Source: Thermoplasmata archaeon | Lineage (GTDB): Archaea; Thermoplasmatota; Thermoplasmata; RBG-16-68-12; JAFNFQ01 | Assembly: GCA_041489255.1 (NCBI GenBank) | Contig: JBGPQV010000008.1 | Location: 1-64,000 of the forward strand | Reading direction: 5' to 3' | DNA length: 64,000 nt | Shown here: in pieces, positions 50,165 to 60,378 of the stretch | Numbering within the stretch: position 1 is the stretch's first letter | Layout of the letters: each line of letters starts with the position of its first letter | The notes under the pieces: model-generated | Database searches by the model: none | Seen by the model: the letters and a program-made list of their open reading frames with translations, nothing else | Told to the model about the DNA's origin: nothing | Made by a program: the position numbers and the translations under genes

Positions 50165-50722
50165 TCATTCGTCGCCGCTCTCTTTCAGAATAAACTTGAT
50201 AGCTAGTCTCGCGGCTTTCCCGCGATGCGAGAAATCGTTCTTCTCCTTCACTGTCATCTGGGCGAATGTCCTCCGCTGACTCTTCGGAATAAATATCGGG
50301 TCGTAGCCGAAACCGCTATTCCCTCGCATCTCCGTTGAGATGACGCCCTCGCACTTCCCGTGGAAGATGTGAGTCTCCCCGCTAACGCGGAGACCGAAGC
50401 ATGTCTCGAACCTAGCCCCCCTCGCAGTCCACCCCATCATCAACTTCAGGATTCCTTGGCACCCCATGGTCTTGTACACGAATGAAGAGTAGACTCCAGG
50501 AAACCCGCCAAGCTTCTCGATGAACAGACCGGAATCATCGATGAGCAGGTCGCCTTCTCCCGCGGGAATCGTCTTGAGGCCGTACTCCACGACCTCGCCA
50601 ACCGAGTCCGCCTGGATCTCCGGGTATGGCTGATTCAGCCTCTCCAGCTCTATCCCCTTGGCGGCGAACATCTCGCTCACTTCCTTGAACTTCCCGTCGT
50701 TCGTCGTCACGAACTTGATCAA
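50165..50722 (-). CDS. rdgB: non-canonical purine NTP pyrophosphatase (HAM1/RdgB)
   Basis: TTNDGKFKE, DDSGLFI, GFPGVYS, GFGYDPIF and SHRGKA motifs; TTG start overlapping the bud32 stop. Confidence 0.94.
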   Translation of the reverse strand: MIKFVTTNDGKFKEVSEMFAAKGIELERLNQPYPEIQADSVGEVVEYGLKTIPAGEGDLLIDDSGLFIEKLGGFPGVYSSFVYKTMGCQGILKLMMGWTARGARFETCFGLRVSGETHIFHGKCEGVISTEMRGNSGFGYDPIFIPKSQRRTFAQMTVKEKNDFSHRGKAARLAIKFILKESGDE

Positions 50723-51327
50723 GTGTAGCGCCCCCTCGACTCGATCTCCTTGACCTTCAGCAGGACCTCTTCGGCCCCCTCGTACACCTTGCGGTACGCG
50801 CCCGCCACGCTGTCGAACAAATCCGGCATGTCCGAGTGCGCGCTCGTGAGGGCCTCCTTGAGCAGGTGCAGGTCCACGCCCTTCGCCTCGACACTCGATG
50901 ACTTCTCCCCGAGGCTGAAGTCGATGAGGTGCACGCGGCCGCCGCGGTAGATCATGTTCGACGTCGTCAGGTCTCCGTGAACGATGTCTCCTGAGTGCAG
51001 CTTCGCGGCGACCTCCCCGACCTGTTCGCACAGAGCCTTCGGTTCGTGAGACCTCTTCTGCAGCATCTCCTTCACCGTCGGCCCCTCGATGAATTCGAGC
51101 GTGAGGCTGTTCTCCTCGACGTCGATGTCGTAGATGATCGGCACCGCAACGCCGAGCTCCCTCGCCCCGGTCATGAGCTTCACCTCTGTCCTGAGGCGGG
51201 ACTTCCTCAGCGACTCGTCAAGCTGCGGGCTCCGGTAGGCCTTCGGCACGCGGTGCTTCACCACCACCTCCCGCCCGTGCCATGTCGATTTGCTCAGCTC
51301 CGCCTCCGCCCCGCGTTTCAGTATCAA
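50719..51327 (-). CDS. bud32: KEOPS complex kinase Bud32
   Basis: RGAEA, KAYR and HGDLTTSNM motifs, IDFSL, VDLHLL, IESRGRY. Start is approximate. Confidence 0.92.
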   Translation of the reverse strand: MILKRGAEAELSKSTWHGREVVVKHRVPKAYRSPQLDESLRKSRLRTEVKLMTGARELGVAVPIIYDIDVEENSLTLEFIEGPTVKEMLQKRSHEPKALCEQVGEVAAKLHSGDIVHGDLTTSNMIYRGGRVHLIDFSLGEKSSSVEAKGVDLHLLKEALTSAHSDMPDLFDSVAGAYRKVYEGAEEVLLKVKEIESRGRYT

Positions 51328-53191
51328 CGCGCTGGCGATGACTTCCTCCGTAGAAAAAGGTTCTGACCTCGCCCGCCGCGTCCTCCGTCGGCCTGAAGCT
51401 GAGTCCCGGCGGGAGGCGGGAAGCGTAGTTCGGACTGAGGAGCCTGTTATCGAGGATCGCGACGACGCCCCTGTCCTTCTCGCTCCTGATGCACCTGCCA
51501 GCCGCCTGCATGACCTTGTTGATCGCGGGGTAGAAGTACGCGTACTCGAAGCCCTTCTCGCTCCCGAACTTGGCGGCATAGTAATCGTCGAGCGCCCTGA
51601 CCTCTGCTGTTGGCGGGCTGATGGGGAGCCCACCGATTATGACGCAGCTCAGAAGATTGTCGTTGTAGTCTATCCCTTCGGAGAAGGAGCCGCCGAGGAC
51701 GCCGAAGAGCAGGACGCCGCCGCGCGCCTTGAGTTCGCGCATCCGGAGGATGACCATGTCCCTCTTCGCCTTGTCCCACTCGGGCCGCTCGACCATCAGG
51801 TGCTTGCGAATCGGCGTCGCCTTCAGCTTGTCCGCGACCTTCGACAGGACTCCGTAGGAGGGGAAGAAAGCGGCGAGGTTGCCCGGGCATGCTTCGGAGA
51901 TCCCCGCCACCTCGCTTGCGATCGACTGCATCATCGAGTCAGTGCGCGCGCGGTAGAGCGTGGTGAGCTCCGGCGTCACTATCGTGAGCCTGTTCTCCTG
52001 CGGGAAAGGAGTGGGATATGCCCTCAGTAAGACGCGCTTCTTCTCCAGCCCGAGCAGGTCGGCGTACATCTCCCCGGGGTGCAGCGTGCCGCTCATCATT
52101 ATGGAGGAGTGCACCTGCCCGAAGACCTCGCGGCTGAGGACGGAGGGGTCGAGGAGGCGGAAGCCTATGCGCCCTTCGTCGCCGCCAGAGGCGACGCGCA
52201 CCACGCGAGACCCCATCTCGCTCCAGGACTTGAGGAACGACGCTATGTCCAGGAGCGCGGCGCCCCCGCCATCCCGCACCTCCGATTCACCGGCTCTCCT
52301 GCAAGCGTCCGCGAGGATGACACAGCTCCACGGGCCGCCAGCGGCCGCCTGATCGATAAGGTCCATCAGCAGTCTCTCCTCCACCCGCCTCTCGCTCCTG
52401 ACCTTGGCCAGGAAGGAATCGAGCACCTTGGAGAGTCGATGAAGCAACTCAGCGGCCTGCGGGTCGGACCTCCTCGCGTCCTTCGCCCCTCGGACGAGCT
52501 GGCGGGGGGAGAGGCTCCCGCATATCTGGGACCGGATCCTGTCCGGGAGGTTGTGCGCCTCGTCGATCACGAGGACCAGCTCCGGCATCTTCCTCCCGAT
52601 GCGGGAGAGTATCGCATCGCGCAGCGACGAGAAGACGTAGTTGTAGTCGCAGACCAGGACGTCCGCGCTCGAAGCGGCCTCCAGCCCGGCCTTGTGCGGG
52701 CAGACCCCCCGGCTCGAGCAGAGCTGCTGCATCTCCTGCACGTGCATCGGCTCCTTGAGTATCTCGGCCACGACCGCGTCGGCCTGGCGGTTGAAGTACC
52801 TGCAGGATCGCGTCCTCGACATGAGCGCGCAGTACTCGTTGAAGGCGCGCGCGCTCCGGGGACGGTTCTGCTGTGCGCACATGCTCTGTTTGCTGACAAT
52901 GTCCACCGCCGAGACGGCGAGCGGCTTCGACCTGATCCGCCGGAGTGTGTCGACCACGATCCTGTGCTGGCTCTGGCGGGAGGTGAGGAAGAGGACGAAC
53001 TTGTCCTCGCGGAGGGCAACGTCAAGCGAGGCGGCGAGACCCACGGCGGTCTTGCCGAGCCCGGTCGGCGCCTGAGCGAGGAGGTGCTTCCCATCGGAGA
53101 CAGCATCGATCGCGTCCCTCAGGAACTCCTTCTGCCCCGCCCTTATCGACGAGAAAGGGAACGCGCGCGGCGGGAAATCCTCCGGATACAT
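51218..53191 (-). CDS. xpd: XPD/Rad3/DinG-family Fe-S DNA helicase
   Basis: Q motif RAGQ, APTGLGKT, four Cys of the FeS domain, DEAHNL, SGTL, SEGID and QAAGRCIR. Confidence 0.9.
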   Translation of the reverse strand: MYPEDFPPRAFPFSSIRAGQKEFLRDAIDAVSDGKHLLAQAPTGLGKTAVGLAASLDVALREDKFVLFLTSRQSQHRIVVDTLRRIRSKPLAVSAVDIVSKQSMCAQQNRPRSARAFNEYCALMSRTRSCRYFNRQADAVVAEILKEPMHVQEMQQLCSSRGVCPHKAGLEAASSADVLVCDYNYVFSSLRDAILSRIGRKMPELVLVIDEAHNLPDRIRSQICGSLSPRQLVRGAKDARRSDPQAAELLHRLSKVLDSFLAKVRSERRVEERLLMDLIDQAAAGGPWSCVILADACRRAGESEVRDGGGAALLDIASFLKSWSEMGSRVVRVASGGDEGRIGFRLLDPSVLSREVFGQVHSSIMMSGTLHPGEMYADLLGLEKKRVLLRAYPTPFPQENRLTIVTPELTTLYRARTDSMMQSIASEVAGISEACPGNLAAFFPSYGVLSKVADKLKATPIRKHLMVERPEWDKAKRDMVILRMRELKARGGVLLFGVLGGSFSEGIDYNDNLLSCVIIGGLPISPPTAEVRALDDYYAAKFGSEKGFEYAYFYPAINKVMQAAGRCIRSEKDRGVVAILDNRLLSPNYASRLPPGLSFRPTEDAAGEVRTFFYGGSHRQRVDTETRGGGGAEQIDMARAGGGGEAPRAEGLPEPAA

Positions 53192-53327
53192 CCTCTCAAC
53201 AACGAGAACGACTGTCCGCTCTGGCCTCATCTATGTTCCGTGCGGATGAATCTGGTATTGTTGTCGATAACCAGAGTGGATAATTGGCGGGGACTGATTA
53301 AGTATCCACCAAAAGGATTGAACTAAC

Positions 53328-54251
53328 GTGCAGATTCCTCTGACAAAGTGCCCCCTCTGCGGGCTCCCCAGCGAAGACGCGGTCTGCTCTCGCTGCAACA
53401 CCGTCATAGAGTGGGAGAGGGCAACGTGCCCGATCTGTGGCAGGATGTTCTCCACCTCGATTGCCGTGTGCGACGTCTGCGACGCGGCGCTCCGGATGCC
53501 TGAGGAGCTCGACGGCGAGGAGAAGGAACTCAAGCACCTGATGATGATCGCGGGCATCTCGAAGGAGGCTGCCAGGACGCTCTACATGCAGGGCATCCGC
53601 GACTTCTCCGACCTGGTGAAGCTGGCGCTGCCGCACAAGGCCGTGAAGATGGGGCTGCACAAGACAATCGCGCGCAGGATGATGATGGCGGACTTCGTGC
53701 GGCGCAGGCAGCAGGGGGATGGCGATAAATGCCCGATATGCTCTGGCCCCTACGACCCCGAGACAGGGCTCTGCGAGAAGTGCAAGTACTCTCCGCTCCC
53801 CGAGTGGTCCGAGCACTGGATCAGGGAGCGGCTTGACAAGGTCACCGAGGAAGTGGAAAACCTCTGCGCCCACCCCGACTTCGAGGCGATGCCCGAGGAG
53901 ATGAAGAAGCAGGTGCTCGCCGAGGTCAACGGGATGCTGGAGCCAATCTATAACGAGGAGAGACTGGTCTCCGAGCTGGAGGGGGTTTTCGGTTCACTCG
54001 ACAAGGAAGAGGAGCAGGTCAAGCAGTATAGAATGCAGATGGAGGCGTGGAAATGCAAGGGGTTCGATGTCTCCGATCTGGAGAAGCTCCTGGAGAAGAA
54101 TCCCGACGAGTTCCGGGTGAACTGCGTCAAGATACTGAGGCTGCAGATACGCAAGCAAATCAAGGACTTCAAGTTCGTCTGCCCACTGTGCGATGCCGGC
54201 CTGGAGCCCGAGGCGAAGGAGTGCCCCAACTGCGGGGCCCTGTTCGGCTAA
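53328..54251 (+). CDS. multi zinc-ribbon protein
   Basis: Four double CxxC ribbons plus an HhH-like segment. Confidence 0.8.
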   Translation: MQIPLTKCPLCGLPSEDAVCSRCNTVIEWERATCPICGRMFSTSIAVCDVCDAALRMPEELDGEEKELKHLMMIAGISKEAARTLYMQGIRDFSDLVKLALPHKAVKMGLHKTIARRMMMADFVRRRQQGDGDKCPICSGPYDPETGLCEKCKYSPLPEWSEHWIRERLDKVTEEVENLCAHPDFEAMPEEMKKQVLAEVNGMLEPIYNEERLVSELEGVFGSLDKEEEQVKQYRMQMEAWKCKGFDVSDLEKLLEKNPDEFRVNCVKILRLQIRKQIKDFKFVCPLCDAGLEPEAKECPNCGALFG

Positions 54252-54293
54252 GGGCAAGCCTAAATAGCGGCGCTCCTTCGTTACTTCCGAGAA

Positions 54294-54968
54294 ATGAGAC
54301 CGACCTACGAGTACATCCTGCAGCCAACGCCGACCAGGCGGGTGAGCTTCGGGCGGACTGAGCTGTTCAACTTGGGGATGGCGCTCGGTGCACTCACCCT
54401 GGTTTTCGTGCTTGTTTGGCTTAACCCGTTGTTCGGCGGCATCAAGCTTTCCGCGGACACACTGGGCATTGTCGCGGTCTCGTCGTTCATTGCGGTACTT
54501 ACGGGTTTCCTGATGCACGAAATCGCGCACAAGATCGTGGCGGTGAGATATGGGCTCTGGGCGGAATTCAGGGCAGATCGAAGGGGACTCCTCATCGCAT
54601 TCGTCACCGCAATCTTTGGGTTTGTGTTCGCCGCTCCCGGTGCGGTGATGATCGCTGGTCCAGTGAGCCTTAGACAGAACGGGAAGATCAGCGCGGCTGG
54701 TCCTCTCACGAACCTAGGTTTCGGCGGGACATTCTTCGCGATATTGTTCGCCGTCATCTATTTCCATGTCGCGATTCCGCCGTTCTTGGGCTTCCTGATC
54801 GTCCAGATCACCATGGTGAACCTCATCCTCGGCACCTTCAACATGATACCGTTCCCGCCGCTCGACGGTTCGAAAATCTGGTCGTGGAAGAAGCCGGTGT
54901 GGGCGGGGATGTTCGCGGTCTTCGTGGTCCTTCTCGCGGCCTTCTTCATTTACTTCCAGATAATCTGA
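54294..54968 (+). CDS. site-2 protease (peptidase M50)
   Basis: HEIAH, AGPLTN and FNMIPFPPLDG motifs; multiple TMs. Confidence 0.92.
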   Translation: MRPTYEYILQPTPTRRVSFGRTELFNLGMALGALTLVFVLVWLNPLFGGIKLSADTLGIVAVSSFIAVLTGFLMHEIAHKIVAVRYGLWAEFRADRRGLLIAFVTAIFGFVFAAPGAVMIAGPVSLRQNGKISAAGPLTNLGFGGTFFAILFAVIYFHVAIPPFLGFLIVQITMVNLILGTFNMIPFPPLDGSKIWSWKKPVWAGMFAVFVVLLAAFFIYFQII

Positions 54969-55716
54969 CGATGGTCGCGGCCATGTAGCCCGCACCGAAG
55001 CCGTTGTCGATGTTCACCACCGCCACGCCGGGGCTGCAGGAACTCATCATGGCCAGCAGTGCCGCCAGACCGTCGAAGCTCGCCCCATATCCAACACTGG
55101 TCGGCACCGCGATCACCGGCTTATCGACGAGCCCGGAGACCACGCTGGGAAGCGCGCCCTCCATTCCCGCAATGACCACGAGGACGTCCGCGCCCTCAAG
55201 CCTCCGCCTGTTGTCGAGGAGCCTGTGCACTCCCGCAACGCCTACATCGTAGAGCCTCTCGACGCGGCAGCTCATCGCCTCCGCCGTGACCGCCGCCTCC
55301 TCCGCCACGGGTATGTCTGATGTCCCGCCGGTGACGATGAGGACCTTGCCCCCCCTTTTCCGGGGCATCTGACCAATGACGATCATACGGGCCTTTTCGT
55401 GATACGCCATCTTCGAACCTCTGAGACCCGCCTTCACAGCGCGGTAGTTGCCCTTGCTCGCCCGCGTCGCGAGTACTATGCTGTCATTCTTGCTCAACCG
55501 CTTCAGGACCTCGACTATCTGGGCATTCGTCTTCCCAGGGCAATAGACGACCTCGGGGAAGTCCCGCCGGAGGGCCCTGTGCGTGTCGGGCTTCGCGAAC
55601 CCCATGTCCTCGTACGGGAGCGAGCGCAATTCCTCGATTGCCTCGCCGATGCTCTTCTTCCCACGCTTCAGGTCTCTCAGCAGCCGCTCGATCGATTTCC
55701 TATCCATGGTCAGCAT
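54946..55716 (-). CDS. larB: nickel-pincer cofactor biosynthesis protein LarB (AIR carboxylase-like)
   Basis: GTSDIPVAEEA, DVGVAGVHRL, AGMEGALPSV, PTSVGYG and VVNIDNGFGA motifs. Confidence 0.92.
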   Translation of the reverse strand: MLTMDRKSIERLLRDLKRGKKSIGEAIEELRSLPYEDMGFAKPDTHRALRRDFPEVVYCPGKTNAQIVEVLKRLSKNDSIVLATRASKGNYRAVKAGLRGSKMAYHEKARMIVIGQMPRKRGGKVLIVTGGTSDIPVAEEAAVTAEAMSCRVERLYDVGVAGVHRLLDNRRRLEGADVLVVIAGMEGALPSVVSGLVDKPVIAVPTSVGYGASFDGLAALLAMMSSCSPGVAVVNIDNGFGAGYMAATIVRLSGSK

Positions 55717-55767
55717 TCTCGCAAGGTGAGCTGGTGCATAAACGTTGGTCGAAAGCGGCTGGCGGTC

Positions 55768-57072
55768 CTACCCTACCTTCTCCCACTTCTCCAGTTCCAG
55801 CACGCTTGACAGGGTGCCGCCCCTCTTGATCTCCTCGCGGATCCTGTTCTCCCGCTCGAGCACGTCCAGGGAGCGGTTCGCTATCTCCACTGCGATCTCC
55901 TGCGGGATCACGATGACGCCGTTCTCGTCTCCGACGATCCAGTCGCCGGTCCTGACGAGCTGACCGCCGCACTCAATCTCCGAGGCAATCTCCCCGTGCC
56001 CCTTCGGCTCTCCCGCCTTCGGCGTGACCGAACGCGAGAACACGGGGAAGCCGATGTCGAGTATCGTGTCGATGTCCCTGGCTGCCCCGTCTATGACGAC
56101 TCCCGCCACGCCCTTGACCTTGGCCGACCAAGATGCGAGCTCGCCCCAGACGGCGGTCGGGCCGCCGCCAACGTCGATGACGATGACGTCGCCCTTCTTC
56201 GCCCTGTCTATGGCCTCCACCGGTTTCGCCCAGTCGCCGTCAGCTGTCTTGACCGTGAGCGCCCGCCCGACCATCTTGGCCTTCCTGCTGACGCGGGGCA
56301 GCAGACCTTTCATCTCGCCGCGCTTCTGCATCGCGTCGGAGATGTTCGGCGTGCTCACCTTCGCGAACGCCTCGAACAGGTCCTCCTCGCCGTACTTCTT
56401 GTAGAGCTCGGTGTGAATCTTCTCCCGTCTAGACATGGCGTCCTTGATCGCGCGCGCGGCATCCGCGACCTTCTCGGCCTTGGTTATCGCGCCGCCGACT
56501 ATGATTATGCTCGCCCCCGCCTCGAGCGCGTCAGCGACAGTCTCGCTGTTCAGACCCCCCGCCACAGCCACGGGAATCTCAGCGATCTGGCATACCTCCC
56601 TGAGCTTCTGCATCGGGGTGTGCGCGGTCATCTGTTCGTCGATCGAAACGTGGATGCAGAGGTAGTCCACGCCCATGCCCTGCAGCTCCTTGGTCCTCTT
56701 CTGCATGTCCTCGACCGACATGAGGTCGGCCATGATCTTCGCGCCGTACCTCCTCGCTGCCTTCACCGCCTCCTTCATCGTGCCGTCGTCGGCCACCGCC
56801 ATGACGGTGATGACTTCCGCTCCAGCTTTCGCGGCGATCTCGACCTCGAACGAGCCGGTGTCCATGACCTTGAGGTCCGCGACGATGACGCGCGAGGGGA
56901 ACATCCTCTTCAGCGCCCTGACCGCCTCGACGCCCTCCGACTTGATCAGCGGCGTCCCTGCCTCGACCCAGTCTGCGCCTCCCGCAACGGCCTCCTCCGC
57001 CGCCTGCACCGCGCGCTTCAAATGCTGGAAGTCGAGGGCCACCTGAAGTACCGGCTCCATGTGTTTCCGCAT
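55768..57072 (-). CDS. hxlA: 3-hexulose-6-phosphate synthase fused to RraA/MenG-like domain
   Basis: LQVALD, EAGTPLIKSEG, ADLKVMDTG and VAVAGG; C-terminal STPNISDAM, AVWGELA, IDGAARD and GDENGV. Confidence 0.88.
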   Translation of the reverse strand: MRKHMEPVLQVALDFQHLKRAVQAAEEAVAGGADWVEAGTPLIKSEGVEAVRALKRMFPSRVIVADLKVMDTGSFEVEIAAKAGAEVITVMAVADDGTMKEAVKAARRYGAKIMADLMSVEDMQKRTKELQGMGVDYLCIHVSIDEQMTAHTPMQKLREVCQIAEIPVAVAGGLNSETVADALEAGASIIIVGGAITKAEKVADAARAIKDAMSRREKIHTELYKKYGEEDLFEAFAKVSTPNISDAMQKRGEMKGLLPRVSRKAKMVGRALTVKTADGDWAKPVEAIDRAKKGDVIVIDVGGGPTAVWGELASWSAKVKGVAGVVIDGAARDIDTILDIGFPVFSRSVTPKAGEPKGHGEIASEIECGGQLVRTGDWIVGDENGVIVIPQEIAVEIANRSLDVLERENRIREEIKRGGTLSSVLELEKWEKVG

Positions 57073-57177
57073 TACGCTCTGCACCACATAAATATGTATC
57101 GTCCGAGGGAGAATTTCGCCTGCATCGACGGCATCCGTGAATAACTTTATCATAGTCTGTTTCCTTGCGGGAGCATA

Positions 57178-57942
57178 ATGCTCGGCCGAGATGCTAGAGA
57201 CAGACGCGAGCGGTGCAAGACCGGCATCGAAGGGCTGGACAACATCCTCAACGGCGGCGTCCCGAGGGGCAACACCGTCCTGATCACCGGCTCTGTCGGT
57301 ACCGGCAAGACCTCACTCTGCCTCGAGTTCCTTGTGCACGGCTCGAATTCGAACGAACCGAGCCTCTATGTCTCGGTGACGGAACCCTGCGACAAGCTGC
57401 TCAAGAACATCATCCCCTATGACTTTTTTGATGAGAGCCTGATGACCGACGGGAAGCTGCACTTCATCGACCTGCCGACCGTCTACGAAAGGCTCGGGCT
57501 AGAGAAGGCGGAGTTCGACTTCGAGGAGGTGGCCATCCTCATCTCCGCGATCGCGAGCATCGTGCACGAGCTCGGGATAAAGCGCCTGGTCATCGACTCG
57601 ATCACATCCGTCTGCTACCGCCTCAAGAGCCAGGAGAACATCAGGGACTTCATCCTCAAGCTGGGCTCGGTGCTGTCAGAGATGGGATGCACGTCGTTCC
57701 TGGTTTCAGAGATCAGCCCCGCGGAGGAGAGGTACAGCCTCTACGGGGTCGAGGAGGCGATCGCCGACGGCGTCATCGTGACAGGCAACCTCGAGAGGCG
57801 CGGCGACCTCCTCAGGACGCTCCAGGTGGTCAAAATGAGAGGAACCATGCATTCAAGGGCGAAGTACGTGCTGGACCTGACGACCGTGGGCGTGCTGCTC
57901 GTCCCGCTGCTCAAGGGCGGAAGCGTCGCGGGAGGCGGGTGA
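57178..57942 (+). CDS. KaiC/RAD55-like RecA-superfamily ATPase
   Basis: TGIEGLDNILNGG, Walker A GSVGTGKT, Walker B RLVIDS, and KMRG. Confidence 0.92.
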   Translation: MLGRDARDRRERCKTGIEGLDNILNGGVPRGNTVLITGSVGTGKTSLCLEFLVHGSNSNEPSLYVSVTEPCDKLLKNIIPYDFFDESLMTDGKLHFIDLPTVYERLGLEKAEFDFEEVAILISAIASIVHELGIKRLVIDSITSVCYRLKSQENIRDFILKLGSVLSEMGCTSFLVSEISPAEERYSLYGVEEAIADGVIVTGNLERRGDLLRTLQVVKMRGTMHSRAKYVLDLTTVGVLLVPLLKGGSVAGGG

Positions 57943-57943
57943 G

Positions 57944-58513
57944 ATGACAACCGCGACCCAGATCGCCGAGAAGCTCGACGCGCTCCCGGAGAGCTCCGCG
58001 GTCGCGCTCAAGATCAGGGGCGAGCAGTACTTCGACGTCATCAGGGGCATCCTCGACATCTTCGCGAAGAAGAAGGAGATGGACTCGATCTACGTCACCA
58101 GCACAATCCCGTGCCAGAGCATCATGAATGCGCTGCAGGTCCTGGAGATAGACACCGAGCGCATCTGGTTCGTCGACTGCATCAGCCAGATAATGATGTC
58201 TGTCGGGGAGAAGCACCCCCACGCCATCTACGTCGAGAGCCCGACGATGCTGGAGAACCTGATGCTCAAAGTGGAATATCTCATACGGCGGGCCCAGGGC
58301 AAGAAGAAGCTGGTCATCCTGGACAACATCAACTCCCTCGCGATACACAACAACATCAAGATCCTCAGCGAGTTCCTTCACATCCTCGTCAACAACCTGC
58401 GAAGCAAGAACACCTACACCATCATCTTCTCGATGGAGGAGTACGAAACCGACGAGATGACGAACATGCTCAACCTCGTCTGCGATGAGAGCATGACGCT
58501 CGAGGGGGGATGA
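57944..58513 (+). CDS. inactivated KaiC-like domain protein
   Basis: IWFVDCIS and VILDNINSL; no Walker A; translationally coupled between two KaiC-like genes. Confidence 0.75.
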   Translation: MTTATQIAEKLDALPESSAVALKIRGEQYFDVIRGILDIFAKKKEMDSIYVTSTIPCQSIMNALQVLEIDTERIWFVDCISQIMMSVGEKHPHAIYVESPTMLENLMLKVEYLIRRAQGKKKLVILDNINSLAIHNNIKILSEFLHILVNNLRSKNTYTIIFSMEEYETDEMTNMLNLVCDESMTLEGG

Positions 58514-58514
58514 G

Positions 58515-59255
58515 ATGGCCAAGGTCGTGAGCACGGGGCTGCCGGCGCTGGACAAGGCGCTCATGAACGGCCTGCCGGTCGGGTTCACCATGCTCGTCGC
58601 GGGGACCCCGGGTTCGGGGACGGAGCTCTTCGCGAAGCAGTTCGCCACGGCCCCTGGACAGGACGAACAGGTCGTGTACTTCGCGACGGCCGAGAGAGAC
58701 GAGGACATCAAGTCCGCGATGGAGGACTTCAACTGGAAGTCCGACATGAAGATCGTCAACATCGGGAACATGTACTACGAGAGCGTCCTCGCGAAGAAGC
58801 TGGAGGTGTCGCGCGCGAGGCAGGAGGGGCTCTCGACTAAGGACCTCTCCAAGCTCAGGATGAAGTCGAAGCAGGAGCGCCCGGAGATCAACTTCCTGAC
58901 CTCGCTCACGTACGAGGTCAGCAAGCTCAGGCCTCCCTTCCGCGTCGTCATAGATTCGCTGGACTTCTTCCTGGAGTACTACCAGCACGCTGACGTCCTC
59001 TCCGCCCTGAGGACGATAAAGGCCCACACGCAGCACGAGGAGGGCGTCGCCCTGATCACGATGCTCACGAACGTCTACGACACTCGGACGCAGAGCGGGG
59101 TCGAGGAGATCGTCGACTGCATCGTCGAGCTCGAGCGAATAAGGGATGGCGACTCGTTCAAGAGGTACCTGATCGTCAGGAAAGTCAGAAACCACCCCGA
59201 GAAGACCGGCATCTACGCATACACGATCACCAAAGAGGGCATGGTTCCGGTCTGA
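58515..59255 (+). CDS. KaiC/RAD55-like ATPase with degenerate Walker A
   Basis: STGLPALD, GTPGSGTE (no Lys), RVVIDS and KVRN. Confidence 0.88.
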   Translation: MAKVVSTGLPALDKALMNGLPVGFTMLVAGTPGSGTELFAKQFATAPGQDEQVVYFATAERDEDIKSAMEDFNWKSDMKIVNIGNMYYESVLAKKLEVSRARQEGLSTKDLSKLRMKSKQERPEINFLTSLTYEVSKLRPPFRVVIDSLDFFLEYYQHADVLSALRTIKAHTQHEEGVALITMLTNVYDTRTQSGVEEIVDCIVELERIRDGDSFKRYLIVRKVRNHPEKTGIYAYTITKEGMVPV

Positions 59256-59386
59256 GGGAGCTTGGCTCGCGAGATTCCTGAGCCTAATCCTAGCAATGAT
59301 TATCGCATCGATTATATAGCGTCGAAATGCTTTTATAGCTCGAAGAACAGAGGGGATGATGCGGCAAAACCGCAGGAGGACAAAAT

Positions 59387-59881
59387 ATGAAGAAGCTTTG
59401 GCTCATCCGGAAGGATGAAGAAGCAGTGTCTCCGGTCATCGCTACCATTCTGATGGTCGCGATTACCGTGGTATTGGCAGCCGTGTTGTACGTGATGGTG
59501 TCCGGTCTCCTCGGAGGCGGCGGAGGCACCGCAGCCAAGTCAGTCGGTTTCGCAGCTGCCTCTGCAGGCAACAACTGGACGTTGACGGTGGCCTCTGTAT
59601 CCGCGTCGGGAATAAGCTACGCCACCACGACGTTCAAGATCTATGACGCGAACGGCGCACCGACGTCGACAAACCTCTTGAGTGTGATAATGGGAAGTCC
59701 GACCACCGGACAGTGCACGAACTGGGCAGCAAAGAAGGTCTGCTACGTGCCAACGGGCGCCGGACAGCTTGAGGTCAAGGTAGGAGACAGACTCCTCGCC
59801 GATAAGACGACCTACGGCTCCAGCTACAGATGGGAACTGCTTGATGCGAGTTCGATCCTAGCAAACGGCGTCTTCTCATAG
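59387..59881 (+). CDS. archaeal type IV pilin (DUF1628 N-terminus)
   Basis: Class III signal EEA|VSPVIATILMVAITVVLAAVLY. Confidence 0.9.
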   Translation: MKKLWLIRKDEEAVSPVIATILMVAITVVLAAVLYVMVSGLLGGGGGTAAKSVGFAAASAGNNWTLTVASVSASGISYATTTFKIYDANGAPTSTNLLSVIMGSPTTGQCTNWAAKKVCYVPTGAGQLEVKVGDRLLADKTTYGSSYRWELLDASSILANGVFS

Positions 59882-59888
59882 ACGCCCC

Positions 59889-59910
59889 CTTTTCCTTTTT
59901 TTCTTTCTTT
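59889..59910 (+). terminator. oligo-T terminator after pilin 1
   Basis: TTTTCCTTTTTTCTTTCTTT immediately after the stop codon. Confidence 0.6.
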
Positions 59911-59934
59911 GTCTACCATGGAGAGGGCTAGCCG

Positions 59935-60378
59935 ATGCCCATGCTGCATGCTGAATCAGAACACGACAGGGCAGTCTCTCCAATAATAGCAATCCTTCTA
60001 CTTCTTGCGATTACCGTCGTGCTGGCAAGCGTCATGTATGTGACGGTCTCGCGGATGATACCGAATGTCTCCGATAGTTCCAGACCTTTGGGCGTCGTGG
60101 TGGACAAAGCGGGAGCCAACTGGACCATAATCATCGCATCAGTGTCGGCAGGCGTCAGCCCCAGATTCGTCTACGTCGCCATTTCAGATCCCAACGGGAC
60201 ACCACTCCTACCATACACGCCGATAGCCGATATGACCGGATACCTGGACGCAGAGCCCATAGGCACACTCAGCGCCGGGGACAGGATATTGATTCCCATC
60301 CAAGACTATCCAGAAGGCTGCTTGATCACAATCAAGGACGACCAGAAGTTGCTGTTCAATGGCATCCTCCAAGGCTGA
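59935..60378 (+). CDS. archaeal type IV pilin
   Basis: DRA|VSPIIAILLLLAITVVLASVMY. Confidence 0.88.
   Translation: MPMLHAESEHDRAVSPIIAILLLLAITVVLASVMYVTVSRMIPNVSDSSRPLGVVVDKAGANWTIIIASVSAGVSPRFVYVAISDPNGTPLLPYTPIADMTGYLDAEPIGTLSAGDRILIPIQDYPEGCLITIKDDQKLLFNGILQG

Noticed and set aside
51218-51327. Overlap of about 110 bp between xpd and bud32 as a programmed frameshift or fusion
   Set aside because: The XPD tail is low-complexity and probably a run-on past a lost stop codon; no evidence of recoding.
55768-57072. HPS-RraA fusion as a novelty
   Set aside because: This fusion is already known in euryarchaea.
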